A DNA stretch of 55,876 bases from Candidatus Uhrbacteria bacterium (GTDB lineage: Bacteria > Patescibacteriota > Patescibacteriia > SG8-24), in the NCBI GenBank assembly GCA_016205965.1, contig JACQSM010000069.1:1-55876 (forward strand), read 5' to 3'. Shown in pieces: positions 27,377 through 35,674 of this stretch. How positions within the stretch are numbered: position 1 is the first letter of the stretch; each line of letters begins with the position of its first letter. A program made the position numbers and the translations under genes. The notes beneath the pieces are model-generated. The model was not told the DNA's origin. It worked only from the letters and a program-made list of their open reading frames with translations, and did not search any database.

Positions 27377-28093
27377 ATGTTCGAGGATCAGCTGACCATT
27401 CCGATCATCGTCGCTGCGGCCGCGCTCGACAGCATCAATCCGTGCGTTTTCGGCGTGCTGATATTCCTGCTGACTTTCCTGATGGCCGTCTTCAAGAGTC
27501 CGCGCCGCATGCTTTTGGGCGGTTTGGTTTACGCCAGCGCCGTCTATATAACGTACTTCCTGCTCGGCCTGGGCATTCTTTACCTTACGGTCGGCGTCGG
27601 CCTGGCCCGCTTCGTCTATTGGACCGCCGCCATCATCGCCATCCTCGCCGGCCTGCTCGAAATCAAAGATTACTTTTGGTACGGCCGTTGGTTCACGCTC
27701 GAAATGATTCCGGGCGCGTCCGTTCGCATCAAGCGGTATACGGAGATGATCCGCTCGCTCGACCGGCGAAGCCCATGGTTGAGCTATGCCATGGCAGCTT
27801 TTCTCGGGTTCTTCGTGCCCATGGTCGAGCTGCCCTGTACCGGCGCTCCGTATTTCGCCATTCTGGCCCTGATCGCCAGGGGCGCCTACGACAAGGCGGT
27901 GCCGTATCTTCTTCTCTATAATTTCGTCTTCGTGGTGCCGTTGTTTTTCATCATCGGCCTCGTCTACGTCGGCAAGTCAGGCGAATCACTCGAGGCCTGG
28001 CGTAAAGATCATCGCCGCCTGATGCGGCTGCTGACCGGGATATTCCTGATCGTTCTCGGCGGCTACATGATTTCCGTCATTTCGGCGGTCTGA
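27377..28093 (+). CDS. DsbD/CcdA-superfamily thiol:disulfide electron-transfer membrane protein
   Basis: Two membrane-embedded PC motifs: LDSINPCVFGVL and VELPCTGAPYF. Confidence 0.8.
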   Translation: MFEDQLTIPIIVAAAALDSINPCVFGVLIFLLTFLMAVFKSPRRMLLGGLVYASAVYITYFLLGLGILYLTVGVGLARFVYWTAAIIAILAGLLEIKDYFWYGRWFTLEMIPGASVRIKRYTEMIRSLDRRSPWLSYAMAAFLGFFVPMVELPCTGAPYFAILALIARGAYDKAVPYLLLYNFVFVVPLFFIIGLVYVGKSGESLEAWRKDHRRLMRLLTGIFLIVLGGYMISVISAV

Positions 28094-28108
28094 CGGAAAT
28101 CGCCGACT

Positions 28109-29056
28109 ATGTCCGTACTCAATAGCATTATCATCCTCGGCCTGCTGTTTTACGGCTTGAGCCGGTCGGCCGATATCGTCGTGGTACGGGTCCGCGGTCT
28201 CGGCGAGCGGCTCGGATTTTCTCCCATGCTCCTGGGCGTGCCTCTGGGCATCCTCACGAGCATGCCGGAGATCGCCATCGCCATCAACGCGGCCAAGGAG
28301 AACATCATCGGCGTCTCTCTCGGCAATCTGCTCGGCGGCATCCCCGTGCTCATGGGTTTCATTCTGGGGGCCAGCGCCATCGCCAATCGCCGGATCAGCA
28401 CTTCCGACGGCCGCGCCGAGGCGCCGTACCTGGCGGCCTATCTCTTTCTGCCGGTGCTGCTCGGCCTAGACGGCGTCATCGGCGCCATCGACGGACTCCT
28501 GTTGATCGCCCTATACCTGGTCTATCTCGGTTGGCTCTACGTTCGCAACGGCTCCGCGCACGCCCAGCATCGGACGGTCCTGCAGCGTGGCCGGGCCAAG
28601 CGCCAGATGCTGATCGCAATCGCCTCGGTCATCGCCGTCGTCCTCTTCTCGAACATGATCGTCGACGTGACCCGCAACCTGCTGCGCGACTTGGCCGTGC
28701 CGGCGTTTTTCGTCGGCTTGTTGCTGTTCTCGGTCGGCACCAATCTGCCCGAGATTTCGGTCGCCTTCCGATCCTGGCGGCGCGGTACCGCCGAACTTTC
28801 GCTCGGTCATCTTTTCGGTTCGACAGCCGCCAATCCTTTGATCATCGGCATCATCGGATTTCTGCGGCCGAGCCCGATGCCGACCGGTCCGGCCTACTTC
28901 GCGTTCACCATTCTGCTGGCCGGCTTGCTCGCGACCATGGTCGTCTTCGTCAGGTCCGGACGGCGTCTGACCGCCCGCGAGGGAGTCTTTCTGCTGGCCT
29001 GGTTCGCCGCCATCGGCGTCAGCCAGGTGATGCTGCTGCCGCTCGACATGGAGTAA
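28109..29056 (+). CDS. Na+/Ca2+ exchanger (CaCA, YrbG-like) membrane protein
   Basis: Two alpha-repeat-like segments: GILTSMPEIAIAI..GNLLGG and SVGTNLPEISVAF..GHLFGS. Confidence 0.8.
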   Translation: MSVLNSIIILGLLFYGLSRSADIVVVRVRGLGERLGFSPMLLGVPLGILTSMPEIAIAINAAKENIIGVSLGNLLGGIPVLMGFILGASAIANRRISTSDGRAEAPYLAAYLFLPVLLGLDGVIGAIDGLLLIALYLVYLGWLYVRNGSAHAQHRTVLQRGRAKRQMLIAIASVIAVVLFSNMIVDVTRNLLRDLAVPAFFVGLLLFSVGTNLPEISVAFRSWRRGTAELSLGHLFGSTAANPLIIGIIGFLRPSPMPTGPAYFAFTILLAGLLATMVVFVRSGRRLTAREGVFLLAWFAAIGVSQVMLLPLDME

Positions 29057-29061
29057 TCCGG

Positions 29062-29070
29062 TGGTATCAT
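29062..29070 (+). promoter_or_regulatory. Extended -10 element TGGTATCAT, 6 nt upstream of the ATG at 29077
   Basis: Matches TGnTATCAT with a leaderless-type spacing. Confidence 0.35.
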
Positions 29071-29076
29071 GCAGCC

Positions 29077-30387
29077 ATGAAGAAGCGCTTCTCCCTAGGC
29101 ATCGCCGCGGTCGTTCTCATCGGCGCTCTCGGCACCGTTGTTTTTAGCTGGTTGCAGCAAAAAAAAGCGGATCAATCCGAACGGCAATTCCTGCCGCTGC
29201 CGGTCGCCGAAGTGCCGGTGATCGAGCCCCCGGCCGAGTCGCCGGCCGACGTTCCGGCCGAACCTCCCCAGACGGCGACGGAGCGCGTCGTCGAGGAAAC
29301 GCCGACCTATTTTCCGCCGCCGAGCGTCGATCTGACCGGCGGCAAGATCGGCAATCAGCGCGTGCCGGGCACCGATGCCATCGGCGACGTCTATCAGGTG
29401 TACTTCCACAATCCGACGCAGTCGCTCTACATGGCCGTGATCGAGCCTGACGATATGCGTTCCATCTGGCGCTTGCCGGAGAACGGCAAGCCGGTGCGCG
29501 TCTTCGCCGCCAATCAGCAGCGCGGCGAAATCCGGATCATGGGCGACGGCAAGGGCGTCATGTACGTGCAGTTCAACAACCCGTCGCGGATGTATCGTAC
29601 CGGCGACGCCTTCAAGACCTGGCATCTGGTCAGGGAGGGCGCCGACATGTTCTGGCAGATCGCCGACGACGGCAAGGGCAACGTTTACGGCACGCTGCAC
29701 AGTTTCAATCAGCCGATACTCTACCGCAGTCCCGATGACGGCTTCAGCTGGGAGCCATGGATCGATTTTCAGAAAATTTTTCCCGAATACGCCGTCCAAT
29801 ACGCTCCCGACGATCAGCGATTCAAACTCCGCCATCTCCACGGCGTGCTCTATAACGACAAGAACGACCAGTTGATCGTAGGCACCGGAGACATCGCCCG
29901 ATTTACCTTCGCGTCGTCCGACGGCGGCAACAGCTGGCGCAAGGTCTGGGACGAAGGCTTTACCGCGGCGACCGCCATGTCCGGCGGCAACCGTTATCTT
30001 CTGTGTCCGGATCGGCTCCGGGCCGCCGGCATCGCCATTTACGACCTTTGGGCTGACACTACGACCGACGTGTTCCGTCCGGCCAAGTACAATTTCGCCG
30101 GCTACTGCTACAGCATCATCAACGACAACGGCATCTACTATGCCGCCTTCCATACCGAGGCCAACGAGACCGTATCGGTGGTGCCGAAGTCGGGCATCGT
30201 CGTCTCGCCCGACGGCGTCAATTGGTATCCATTCCTGGAGTGGGAGCCGACCACCAATCATGCTCGGACCAACATCTGGCTGGCCTCGGCTCCGGCCCGC
30301 ATCTACGCTTCCTTGAATGCCGCGCTGTACGCCTTCAAGCCGCTCGACCGCGATTGGTTCGAGGACAAGACGCCGTTCGCCAAATGA
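29077..30387 (+). CDS. Membrane-anchored BNR/Asp-box repeat beta-propeller protein (sialidase-like fold)
   Basis: In-frame start inside track ORF 28531..30387. N-terminal helix LGIAAVVLIGALGTVVF and a Pro-rich linker. Asp-box motifs are SPDDGFSW, SSDGGNSW and SPDGVNW. Confidence 0.75.
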   Translation: MKKRFSLGIAAVVLIGALGTVVFSWLQQKKADQSERQFLPLPVAEVPVIEPPAESPADVPAEPPQTATERVVEETPTYFPPPSVDLTGGKIGNQRVPGTDAIGDVYQVYFHNPTQSLYMAVIEPDDMRSIWRLPENGKPVRVFAANQQRGEIRIMGDGKGVMYVQFNNPSRMYRTGDAFKTWHLVREGADMFWQIADDGKGNVYGTLHSFNQPILYRSPDDGFSWEPWIDFQKIFPEYAVQYAPDDQRFKLRHLHGVLYNDKNDQLIVGTGDIARFTFASSDGGNSWRKVWDEGFTAATAMSGGNRYLLCPDRLRAAGIAIYDLWADTTTDVFRPAKYNFAGYCYSIINDNGIYYAAFHTEANETVSVVPKSGIVVSPDGVNWYPFLEWEPTTNHARTNIWLASAPARIYASLNAALYAFKPLDRDWFEDKTPFAK

Positions 30388-30420
30388 TCGGCGCTATGAT
30401 CGCGCCGTGCCGTCTAGTTT

Positions 30421-31218
30421 ATGAAAATATCCAAACATTCTTTGCTGCTCATCGGTCTCGGCGCAGTCATCATCGGCGCCTTGGCGCTTTCGGATCGCCG
30501 TTCCGCCGCGCCGCCCGCGGCCACGAACGCCTCGGCCCTCAAGAATGCCGAAGCGGTCGCGGTGCGCGGTGAAAACGTCGCCTATTTCGGCGATCGTAAA
30601 GGGTATTTCGTCGGGCCTGACGACGCCAAGGCCTACCCCGGCGTGGTCATGATCCACGAATGGTGGGGGTTGAATGACAACATCAGGGCCATGGCGCGCG
30701 AACTCGCCGGCCGAGGCTACCTGGTGTTGGCCGTCGATCTGTACGGCAAGGTGGCGGCAGACCAGGCCGAAGCCAGGGCCGCCGTCGGCGCGCTCGACCA
30801 GAAAGACGCCATCGACAACATGCGCGCCGCCATGGAATTTTTGCGGCGGCAAGGAGCGACCAAGATGGCTTCGCTCGGCTGGTGTTTCGGCGGCGGCCAG
30901 TCGCTGCAACTCGCTCTCAATGAGCGTCTCGATGCCACCGTCATCTACTACGGCAACCTGGTTACCGACGAAAAGGCGCTGGCGAACATCACCTGGCCGG
31001 TGCTGGGGGTCTTCGGCGACCAGGATCAGGCGATTCCGGTCAGCGGCGTCCGGACCTTCGAGGCTTCGCTCAAGAAACTCGGCGTTCCCGGGGAGATCCA
31101 TGTGTATCCCGGCGTCGGCCACGCCTTCGCCAATCCTTCGGGTGCCAACTATGCACCCAAGGAAACGGCCGACGCCTGGGCCAAAACCCTCGATTTCCTG
31201 GCCCGCAACCTCCGTTAG
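30421..31218 (+). CDS. Dienelactone hydrolase family protein, exported or anchored
   Basis: VVMIHEWWGLNDNIRAMARELAGRGYLVLAVDLY, nucleophile region LGWCFGG and C-terminal GVGHAF. Confidence 0.85.
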   Translation: MKISKHSLLLIGLGAVIIGALALSDRRSAAPPAATNASALKNAEAVAVRGENVAYFGDRKGYFVGPDDAKAYPGVVMIHEWWGLNDNIRAMARELAGRGYLVLAVDLYGKVAADQAEARAAVGALDQKDAIDNMRAAMEFLRRQGATKMASLGWCFGGGQSLQLALNERLDATVIYYGNLVTDEKALANITWPVLGVFGDQDQAIPVSGVRTFEASLKKLGVPGEIHVYPGVGHAFANPSGANYAPKETADAWAKTLDFLARNLR

Positions 31219-31250
31219 ATGCATGCGATAATCGGAACTGATGAGTTGGA

Positions 31251-31279
31251 TTGACGTTGATGTTTCCGAATGCTATGGT
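31251..31279 (+). promoter_or_regulatory. Sigma70-type promoter TTGACG-17-TGcTATGGT
   Basis: -35 TTGACG at 31251-31256, a 17-nt spacer, TG at 31271-31272 and -10 TATGGT at 31274-31279. It lies upstream of the ATG at 31312, which has a GAGGAGGA Shine-Dalgarno. Confidence 0.5.
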
Positions 31280-31311
31280 CGCACCTCGGCCCTTTCACCG
31301 AGGAGGATACG

Positions 31312-32232
31312 ATGAAAAATCCCGATCCGAAGCTGCTGGTCCGTATCGCCATCGCCGACGCCTACGCGGCGGCCGTTGAGTACGTCAAACTGCCGCGCGA
31401 CCGCGACACGCTCGACGAGTGCCTGCATTTCAAGCGCTACGTCAAGCATCCGACGCTCGATCATCGCGCCGGGTGCTACACCGACGACACCGAGATGTCG
31501 GCCGCCAACGTCCATGTACTCCTCGAGCATCCGGCGCCGTATATGCGGCTGATGTTCGCCGACGCCTATGTCCGCCAGTTCAGACACGGCGGCCGGCGCA
31601 AAGGATACTCGCGCCTGTTTCAGTCGTTTCTGGAGCTGACGCATGATGGCTGGCAGTTTTTGAAAGAGATCCGGCCGGACTCGGTCAAGAACGGCGCTGC
31701 CATGCGAGCCGTGCCCTTCGGCGTCCTGCCGACCATCGAAGAGGTGCTTGAAGCCGCCACTGTCCAGGCGAGCGTCACCCATGACACGCCCGAAGGACGC
31801 TTCAGCGCCCGGGCGATCGCCCTAATGAGCCACTTCTCGCTCTATGAAGTTCGGCCGCTCTACAACGCCGCTGCCTACTGCCTGACCTATCTGCCCAAAG
31901 AAGACCGCCGGTTCCAGCAGATCTTCATGGAGGATTGGCCCGGCGGGCCCGTCACCGGAACGCCGGCCGCTTCGGTCGCCATCACGACCGTGCATGCCGT
32001 CACTACTTTGGTTCGGCGCGAACCGTCGCTCATGGCCATGCTTGAGCGGACCATCCGCTGGGGCGGCGATACCGATTCGGTCGCTGCGATCGCCTGGGGC
32101 ATCGCCTCGCCGCGCTTTCAGGGCGAGGTTCTGCCCGACTTCATGGAGCGGCATCTTGAGCGGCGCGACTCCCGGACCGGAACGTCTTATCTGCTTGATC
32201 TCGGTACCCGCCTCATGGCCAAGTTTTCCTAG
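31312..32232 (+). CDS. ADP-ribosylglycohydrolase family protein
   Basis: C-terminal hallmark GGDTDSVAAIAWGIA and N-terminal IADAYAAAVEYV. Start trimmed to MKNPD behind a strong Shine-Dalgarno. Confidence 0.8.
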   Translation: MKNPDPKLLVRIAIADAYAAAVEYVKLPRDRDTLDECLHFKRYVKHPTLDHRAGCYTDDTEMSAANVHVLLEHPAPYMRLMFADAYVRQFRHGGRRKGYSRLFQSFLELTHDGWQFLKEIRPDSVKNGAAMRAVPFGVLPTIEEVLEAATVQASVTHDTPEGRFSARAIALMSHFSLYEVRPLYNAAAYCLTYLPKEDRRFQQIFMEDWPGGPVTGTPAASVAITTVHAVTTLVRREPSLMAMLERTIRWGGDTDSVAAIAWGIASPRFQGEVLPDFMERHLERRDSRTGTSYLLDLGTRLMAKFS

Positions 32233-32256
32233 CCCCGCGGCCAGCGGGGTTCTTTT
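32233..32256 (+). terminator. Intrinsic terminator after the ADP-ribosylglycohydrolase gene
   Basis: Stem ccccgc / gcgggg with loop ggcca, followed by ttctttt. Confidence 0.6.
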
Positions 32257-32266
32257 CATTGGCACA

Positions 32267-32275
32267 TGCTATACT
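32267..32275 (+). promoter_or_regulatory. Extended -10 element TGCTATACT upstream of the pterin dehydratase gene
   Basis: Matches TGnTATACT and lies 42 nt upstream of the ATG at 32318. Confidence 0.4.
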
Positions 32276-32317
32276 GGCGACGGAAAAATAACCCGATTTT
32301 TGGTAAAAGAAACGACT

Positions 32318-32647
32318 ATGGACCTCCCGCTTACCAAACAGAAATGCGTGCCCTGTGAAGGCGGCGTACCGCCGATTTCGCGCCCGAGAGCCGAGGAATT
32401 GCTGGCGCAAACACCCGGCTGGTCCCTCGATGCCGAGGCGAAGAAAATCAGCCGGAAGTTCAAGTTCAAGGATTTTGCCGCCGCCATGGTCTTCGTCAAC
32501 AAGGTCGGCGATATCGCCGAAGCCGAAGGGCATCACCCCGACTTCTCCATCCATTGGAACCGCGTCGATCTCGATATCTGGACGCATGCCATCGGCGGCC
32601 TGTTCATCAACGATTTTATTCTGGCGGCCAAGATCAACGAAATCTGA
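32318..32647 (+). CDS. phhB: 4a-hydroxytetrahydrobiopterin dehydratase (PCD/DCoH)
   Basis: In-frame start within track ORF 31994..32647. FKDFAAAMVFVNKVGDIAEAEGHHPDFSIHWNRVDLDIWTH is the classical PCD core. Confidence 0.9.
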   Translation: MDLPLTKQKCVPCEGGVPPISRPRAEELLAQTPGWSLDAEAKKISRKFKFKDFAAAMVFVNKVGDIAEAEGHHPDFSIHWNRVDLDIWTHAIGGLFINDFILAAKINEI

Positions 32648-32669
32648 CCGGCGCCCCAAGCGCGGTTTT

Positions 32670-33560
32670 TTATGCCATCGCCTCGGCCAGCCGGGGGGCG
32701 GCGTCGACGACGGTGAAGCCGCGCAGGCGCTTGGCCTCGGACGAGATCGGCATGGTGTTTCCGACCACGACCGAGCTGAAACCGAGCTTGCGCAGCAGCG
32801 GCACCGCTCCTTTCGAAAAAATCGGATGCGTTATCGCCAGATGGAATTCTTTAAAACCTTCTTTTTTGAGCATGCGGACCGCCGCCTCGATCGTTCCGCC
32901 GGTGTCGAGCATGTCGTCGATGAGCACTGCAGTGGTTCCGGCCAGTTCGCCGGAGCGGCCACGGGCCGTCACGCCCTTGAAGCGCGTCCGTTCTTTTTCG
33001 ATCCAGGCGATCGGTACGCCGCCCAGGAGCGCCGTCAGCCCCTCGGCCCGGATCCTGCTGGCATGATCCGGCGCGACGACGGTGAACGGCGCCGGCCGGA
33101 GCTTGGGGCGCAGTACGGCGGCGAAATCGGGCAACATGCTCACGCTTTCGATCGGAATCGGCGAGGCCTCGAGCGCCAGCGTGCTGTGAATGTCGGCGGT
33201 GACGATGCGCTTGACGCCAACCGCGGCCAAGAGGGTCGGAATGGCGCCGGCGGAAAGCGGATCGCCGGCGAGCTGCTGGCGGTCTTGGCGCGAATAGGCG
33301 AAATAGGGGAGCGCCAGGGTGATCTCTTGGGCGCCGTTGCGGCGCAGCGTGTCGCACAGCAGCGCGGTCATCAGTAAGTTGTCGCCCGGCGGAAAGGATC
33401 GGCCGGCCACGCAGGCATGCGTCGACGACAGGCTGACGTGCACGAAATGTTCGCCGCTCGGGAATCGGCTCCATTCGGCCTGGCCGGGACGGCCCCGGGA
33501 CAGCATGGCGGCGAGATTTTTTTCGACTGGCAGCGGCTCGGGGAGAGTGAAGGCTTGCAT
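32670..33560 (-). CDS. prs: Ribose-phosphate pyrophosphokinase
   Basis: C-terminal 296 aa of track ORF 32670..34217, from MQAFTLPEP. Motifs are LPYFAYSRQDRQ and VLIDDMLDTGGT. Confidence 0.85.
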   Translation of the reverse strand: MQAFTLPEPLPVEKNLAAMLSRGRPGQAEWSRFPSGEHFVHVSLSSTHACVAGRSFPPGDNLLMTALLCDTLRRNGAQEITLALPYFAYSRQDRQQLAGDPLSAGAIPTLLAAVGVKRIVTADIHSTLALEASPIPIESVSMLPDFAAVLRPKLRPAPFTVVAPDHASRIRAEGLTALLGGVPIAWIEKERTRFKGVTARGRSGELAGTTAVLIDDMLDTGGTIEAAVRMLKKEGFKEFHLAITHPIFSKGAVPLLRKLGFSSVVVGNTMPISSEAKRLRGFTVVDAAPRLAEAMA

Positions 33561-33562
33561 AG

Positions 33563-34183
33563 TCAATTCATGAGGCGAACTACGACATCGTCGTCGACCT
33601 GGGAAAAATGCTCGTAGAAAGCGCCGATGGAACCGAACAGGGCCGGCGTCGCCAAGACGATGACTTCGTCGGCTTCGGCCCGCAGTTCCTCCGGCGCGTC
33701 CGACGGCGAAACCGGCGCGGCGACGACGATTTTTTTCGGCCGTTCTTTTTTTATCGACTTGATGGCGGCGCGCATGGTGAAGCCGGTGGCGATGCCGTCG
33801 TCGACGATGATCACCGTCCTGGCGCGCAGATTCCGCGCCGGCCGGTTTTTTCGGTAAAGGCGCAGCCGCCGCTCGGCCTCGGTCCGCTCCTTTTTCATCG
33901 CCGCCGCGGCATAGGCATCGCTGACCCGCGCCCGTTCCGCGGAGTTCCAGACCGCCTCGCCGGTTTCGGTGATGGCGCCGATGGCGTACTCTTCGTTTTC
34001 CGGCGCGCCGATTTTGCGCGGCACGACCAGATCGAGCGGAGCCTCGAGCGCGTCGGCAACGATCCGTCCCAGGACGACGCCGCCTCGCGGCAAGGCGACG
34101 ACCGTGACGTCTGGTTTGCCGCGGTACTTGGCGAGTTTCTCGGCCAGTTTGACGGCCGCATCCTGACGATCGCGGAACAGCAT
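33563..34183 (-). CDS. Type I phosphoribosyltransferase family protein
   Basis: FRDRQDAAVKLAEKL..VVALPRGGVVLG and the PRPP loop VIIVDDGIATGFTM. Confidence 0.85.
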   Translation of the reverse strand: MLFRDRQDAAVKLAEKLAKYRGKPDVTVVALPRGGVVLGRIVADALEAPLDLVVPRKIGAPENEEYAIGAITETGEAVWNSAERARVSDAYAAAAMKKERTEAERRLRLYRKNRPARNLRARTVIIVDDGIATGFTMRAAIKSIKKERPKKIVVAAPVSPSDAPEELRAEADEVIVLATPALFGSIGAFYEHFSQVDDDVVVRLMN

Positions 34184-34213
34184 ACGTCTTCATCTTACAC
34201 TCCTCGCCGACAA

Positions 34214-34239
34214 ACAAAAAATCCCGCGATTGCGGGATT
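34214..34239 (-). terminator. Intrinsic terminator after iscU (minus strand)
   Basis: On the minus strand, aatcccgc aatc gcgggatt is followed by ttttgtttg. Confidence 0.6.
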
Positions 34240-34258
34240 GGAGAAGATGGGCGGCGCC

Positions 34259-34783
34259 CTAGCAGTCTTTTTCGGCCATCGGCGGCGGCGCCGGGCTCTC
34301 GGACGGGAGCGGCGTCAGAGTTCCATGTGATGGCGGCATGGCTGCCGGAGCAATGGCCTCAGTCGGCGCTTTCTGTGCCTGCGCCGCCTGCAGCTCGGCC
34401 CGTTTCTTGCGCAGGTCCTGCACGGCTGCCTTGACCGCGTCCTCGGCCAGCACCGAACAATGAATTTTGACCGGCGGCAGCGAAAGCTCGGTCGCGATCT
34501 GCTGGTTGGTGATCTTCTCCGCCTCCGCCATCGGCTTGCCCTTGAGCAGCTCGGTGACATAGGAGGAGGAAGCGATCGCCGAGCCGCAGCCGAAGGTCTT
34601 GAATCTGGCGTCGGTAATGATCAGTTCGCCGTCGCGCTCCTCGACCTGGATCTGCAGCTTCATGACGTCGCCGCAGGCCGGGGCGCCGACCAGGCCGGTG
34701 CCGACGTTGGGGTCGTTCTTGTCGAGCGATCCGACGTTCCGGGGATTCTCGTAGTGGTCAATGACCTTGGATGAATACGCCAT
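34259..34783 (-). CDS. iscU: IscU/NifU-type Fe-S cluster scaffold with Pro-rich C-terminal tail
   Basis: YENPRNVGSL, GAPACGDVMKL, FKTFGCGSAIASS and LPPVKIHCSVLAEDA. An extra tail of about 50 aa reads APTEAIAPAAMPPSHGTLTPLPSESPAPPPMAEKDC. Start trimmed to MAYSSK. Confidence 0.9.
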   Translation of the reverse strand: MAYSSKVIDHYENPRNVGSLDKNDPNVGTGLVGAPACGDVMKLQIQVEERDGELIITDARFKTFGCGSAIASSSYVTELLKGKPMAEAEKITNQQIATELSLPPVKIHCSVLAEDAVKAAVQDLRKKRAELQAAQAQKAPTEAIAPAAMPPSHGTLTPLPSESPAPPPMAEKDC

Positions 34784-34882
34784 CAGAGCCTCCTGGGCCG
34801 GTGCATCCGGACTGGTCGGATGGTTGCGGACCGGAAGAAGGTTAGCACGCCGCAGCCCGAAGATCAATATGAAAAGAACCGC

Positions 34883-35539
34883 TCATCGCGGTTCGCGGTC
34901 GAGGAGAGGCTGGATCTGGCTCAAGAACGAGTTGGCGGCGAAGATCGGCATGATCATGAGCAGCAGGAAACCGCCGCCGAGCAGCCAGTCGCCGCCGGAC
35001 CAGCCGCCGGCAACCAGGAGCGCCAGCATCAGCAGCTCGAGCACCATTTTGAGACCGCCGGCCTCGCTGGCGGCGACGTTCAGTCCCTTGGCGATCTTGA
35101 CCAGGCGGAGCGCGGTCAGGGCGGCGGCGAAGCCGACGTTGATCCAGACGAACACCGGCGCGACTTCGCCGATATTGATCGTCATGAAGAAAAATATCGT
35201 TGAAGGAAGCTGGTCGACGAGCGAGAACAGGATGCAGGCGACGAAGACCTTGTCGACCAGCGGGTCCAGGAATTCGCCGAATGCGGTCACGAGGTTGCGG
35301 GCCCGGGCCAAGGCGCCGTCGAAGAGGTCGAGGCCGGCGCCGATCAGGAAGCATGACGTTCCGGCGGCGTACTCGCCGTTGTGAAAGGAGAGATAGGCGA
35401 GTGGGGCCAGGAACAGCCGGAACCAGGTGAGGCCGTTGGGCGTGACCCAGAGCGGGAAGAGAAGCGCCAGCGCCTCGGTAGCCGCCCGGTAACGTCGCTT
35501 GATGCCGCCGAAAGAAAGGCCGGAAAGAGCGTTTTCCAT
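34883..35539 (-). CDS. CDP-alcohol phosphatidyltransferase family protein
   Basis: DLFDGALARARNLVTAFGEFLDPLVDK fits DGx2ARx8Gx3Dx3D. This is the C-terminal 218 aa of track ORF 34883..37384. A hairpin gaaccgc/gcggttc overlaps the stop codon. Confidence 0.85.
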   Translation of the reverse strand: MENALSGLSFGGIKRRYRAATEALALLFPLWVTPNGLTWFRLFLAPLAYLSFHNGEYAAGTSCFLIGAGLDLFDGALARARNLVTAFGEFLDPLVDKVFVACILFSLVDQLPSTIFFFMTINIGEVAPVFVWINVGFAAALTALRLVKIAKGLNVAASEAGGLKMVLELLMLALLVAGGWSGGDWLLGGGFLLLMIMPIFAANSFLSQIQPLLDREPR

Positions 35540-35605
35540 GAAAGCCTCCCGCACGATCCTAGCACCGGAGCGGCCGCACTGCAACTGTACATCCGGCGTC
35601 GGGAG

Positions 35606-35614
35606 TGCTATAAA
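35606..35614 (+). promoter_or_regulatory. Extended -10 element TGCTATAAA upstream of the TPR gene
   Basis: Matches TGnTATAAA and lies 60 nt upstream of the ATG at 35675. Confidence 0.35.
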
Positions 35615-35674
35615 AGATGGCTCCGCGGAAGCGCGGAGTGTTCCTTCCAAGCAAAAAAACGAAAGGGGTCTGTC

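Noticed and set aside
28531-29076. Upstream 182 aa of track ORF 28531..30387
   Set aside because: It overlaps the CaCA exchanger gene out of frame. The BNR protein has a natural start (MKKRFSLGIAAVV) at 29077, behind an extended -10.
33561-34217. N-terminal 219 aa of track ORF 32670..34217 (upstream of the prs Met)
   Set aside because: This part overlaps the well-supported PRTase gene in another frame and is Arg-rich. The Prs homology begins at MQAFTLPEP. The same logic removes two other upstream extensions: 35540..37384 (CDP-alcohol transferase ORF) and 55334..55792 (greA ORF, antisense to the ABC-F gene).
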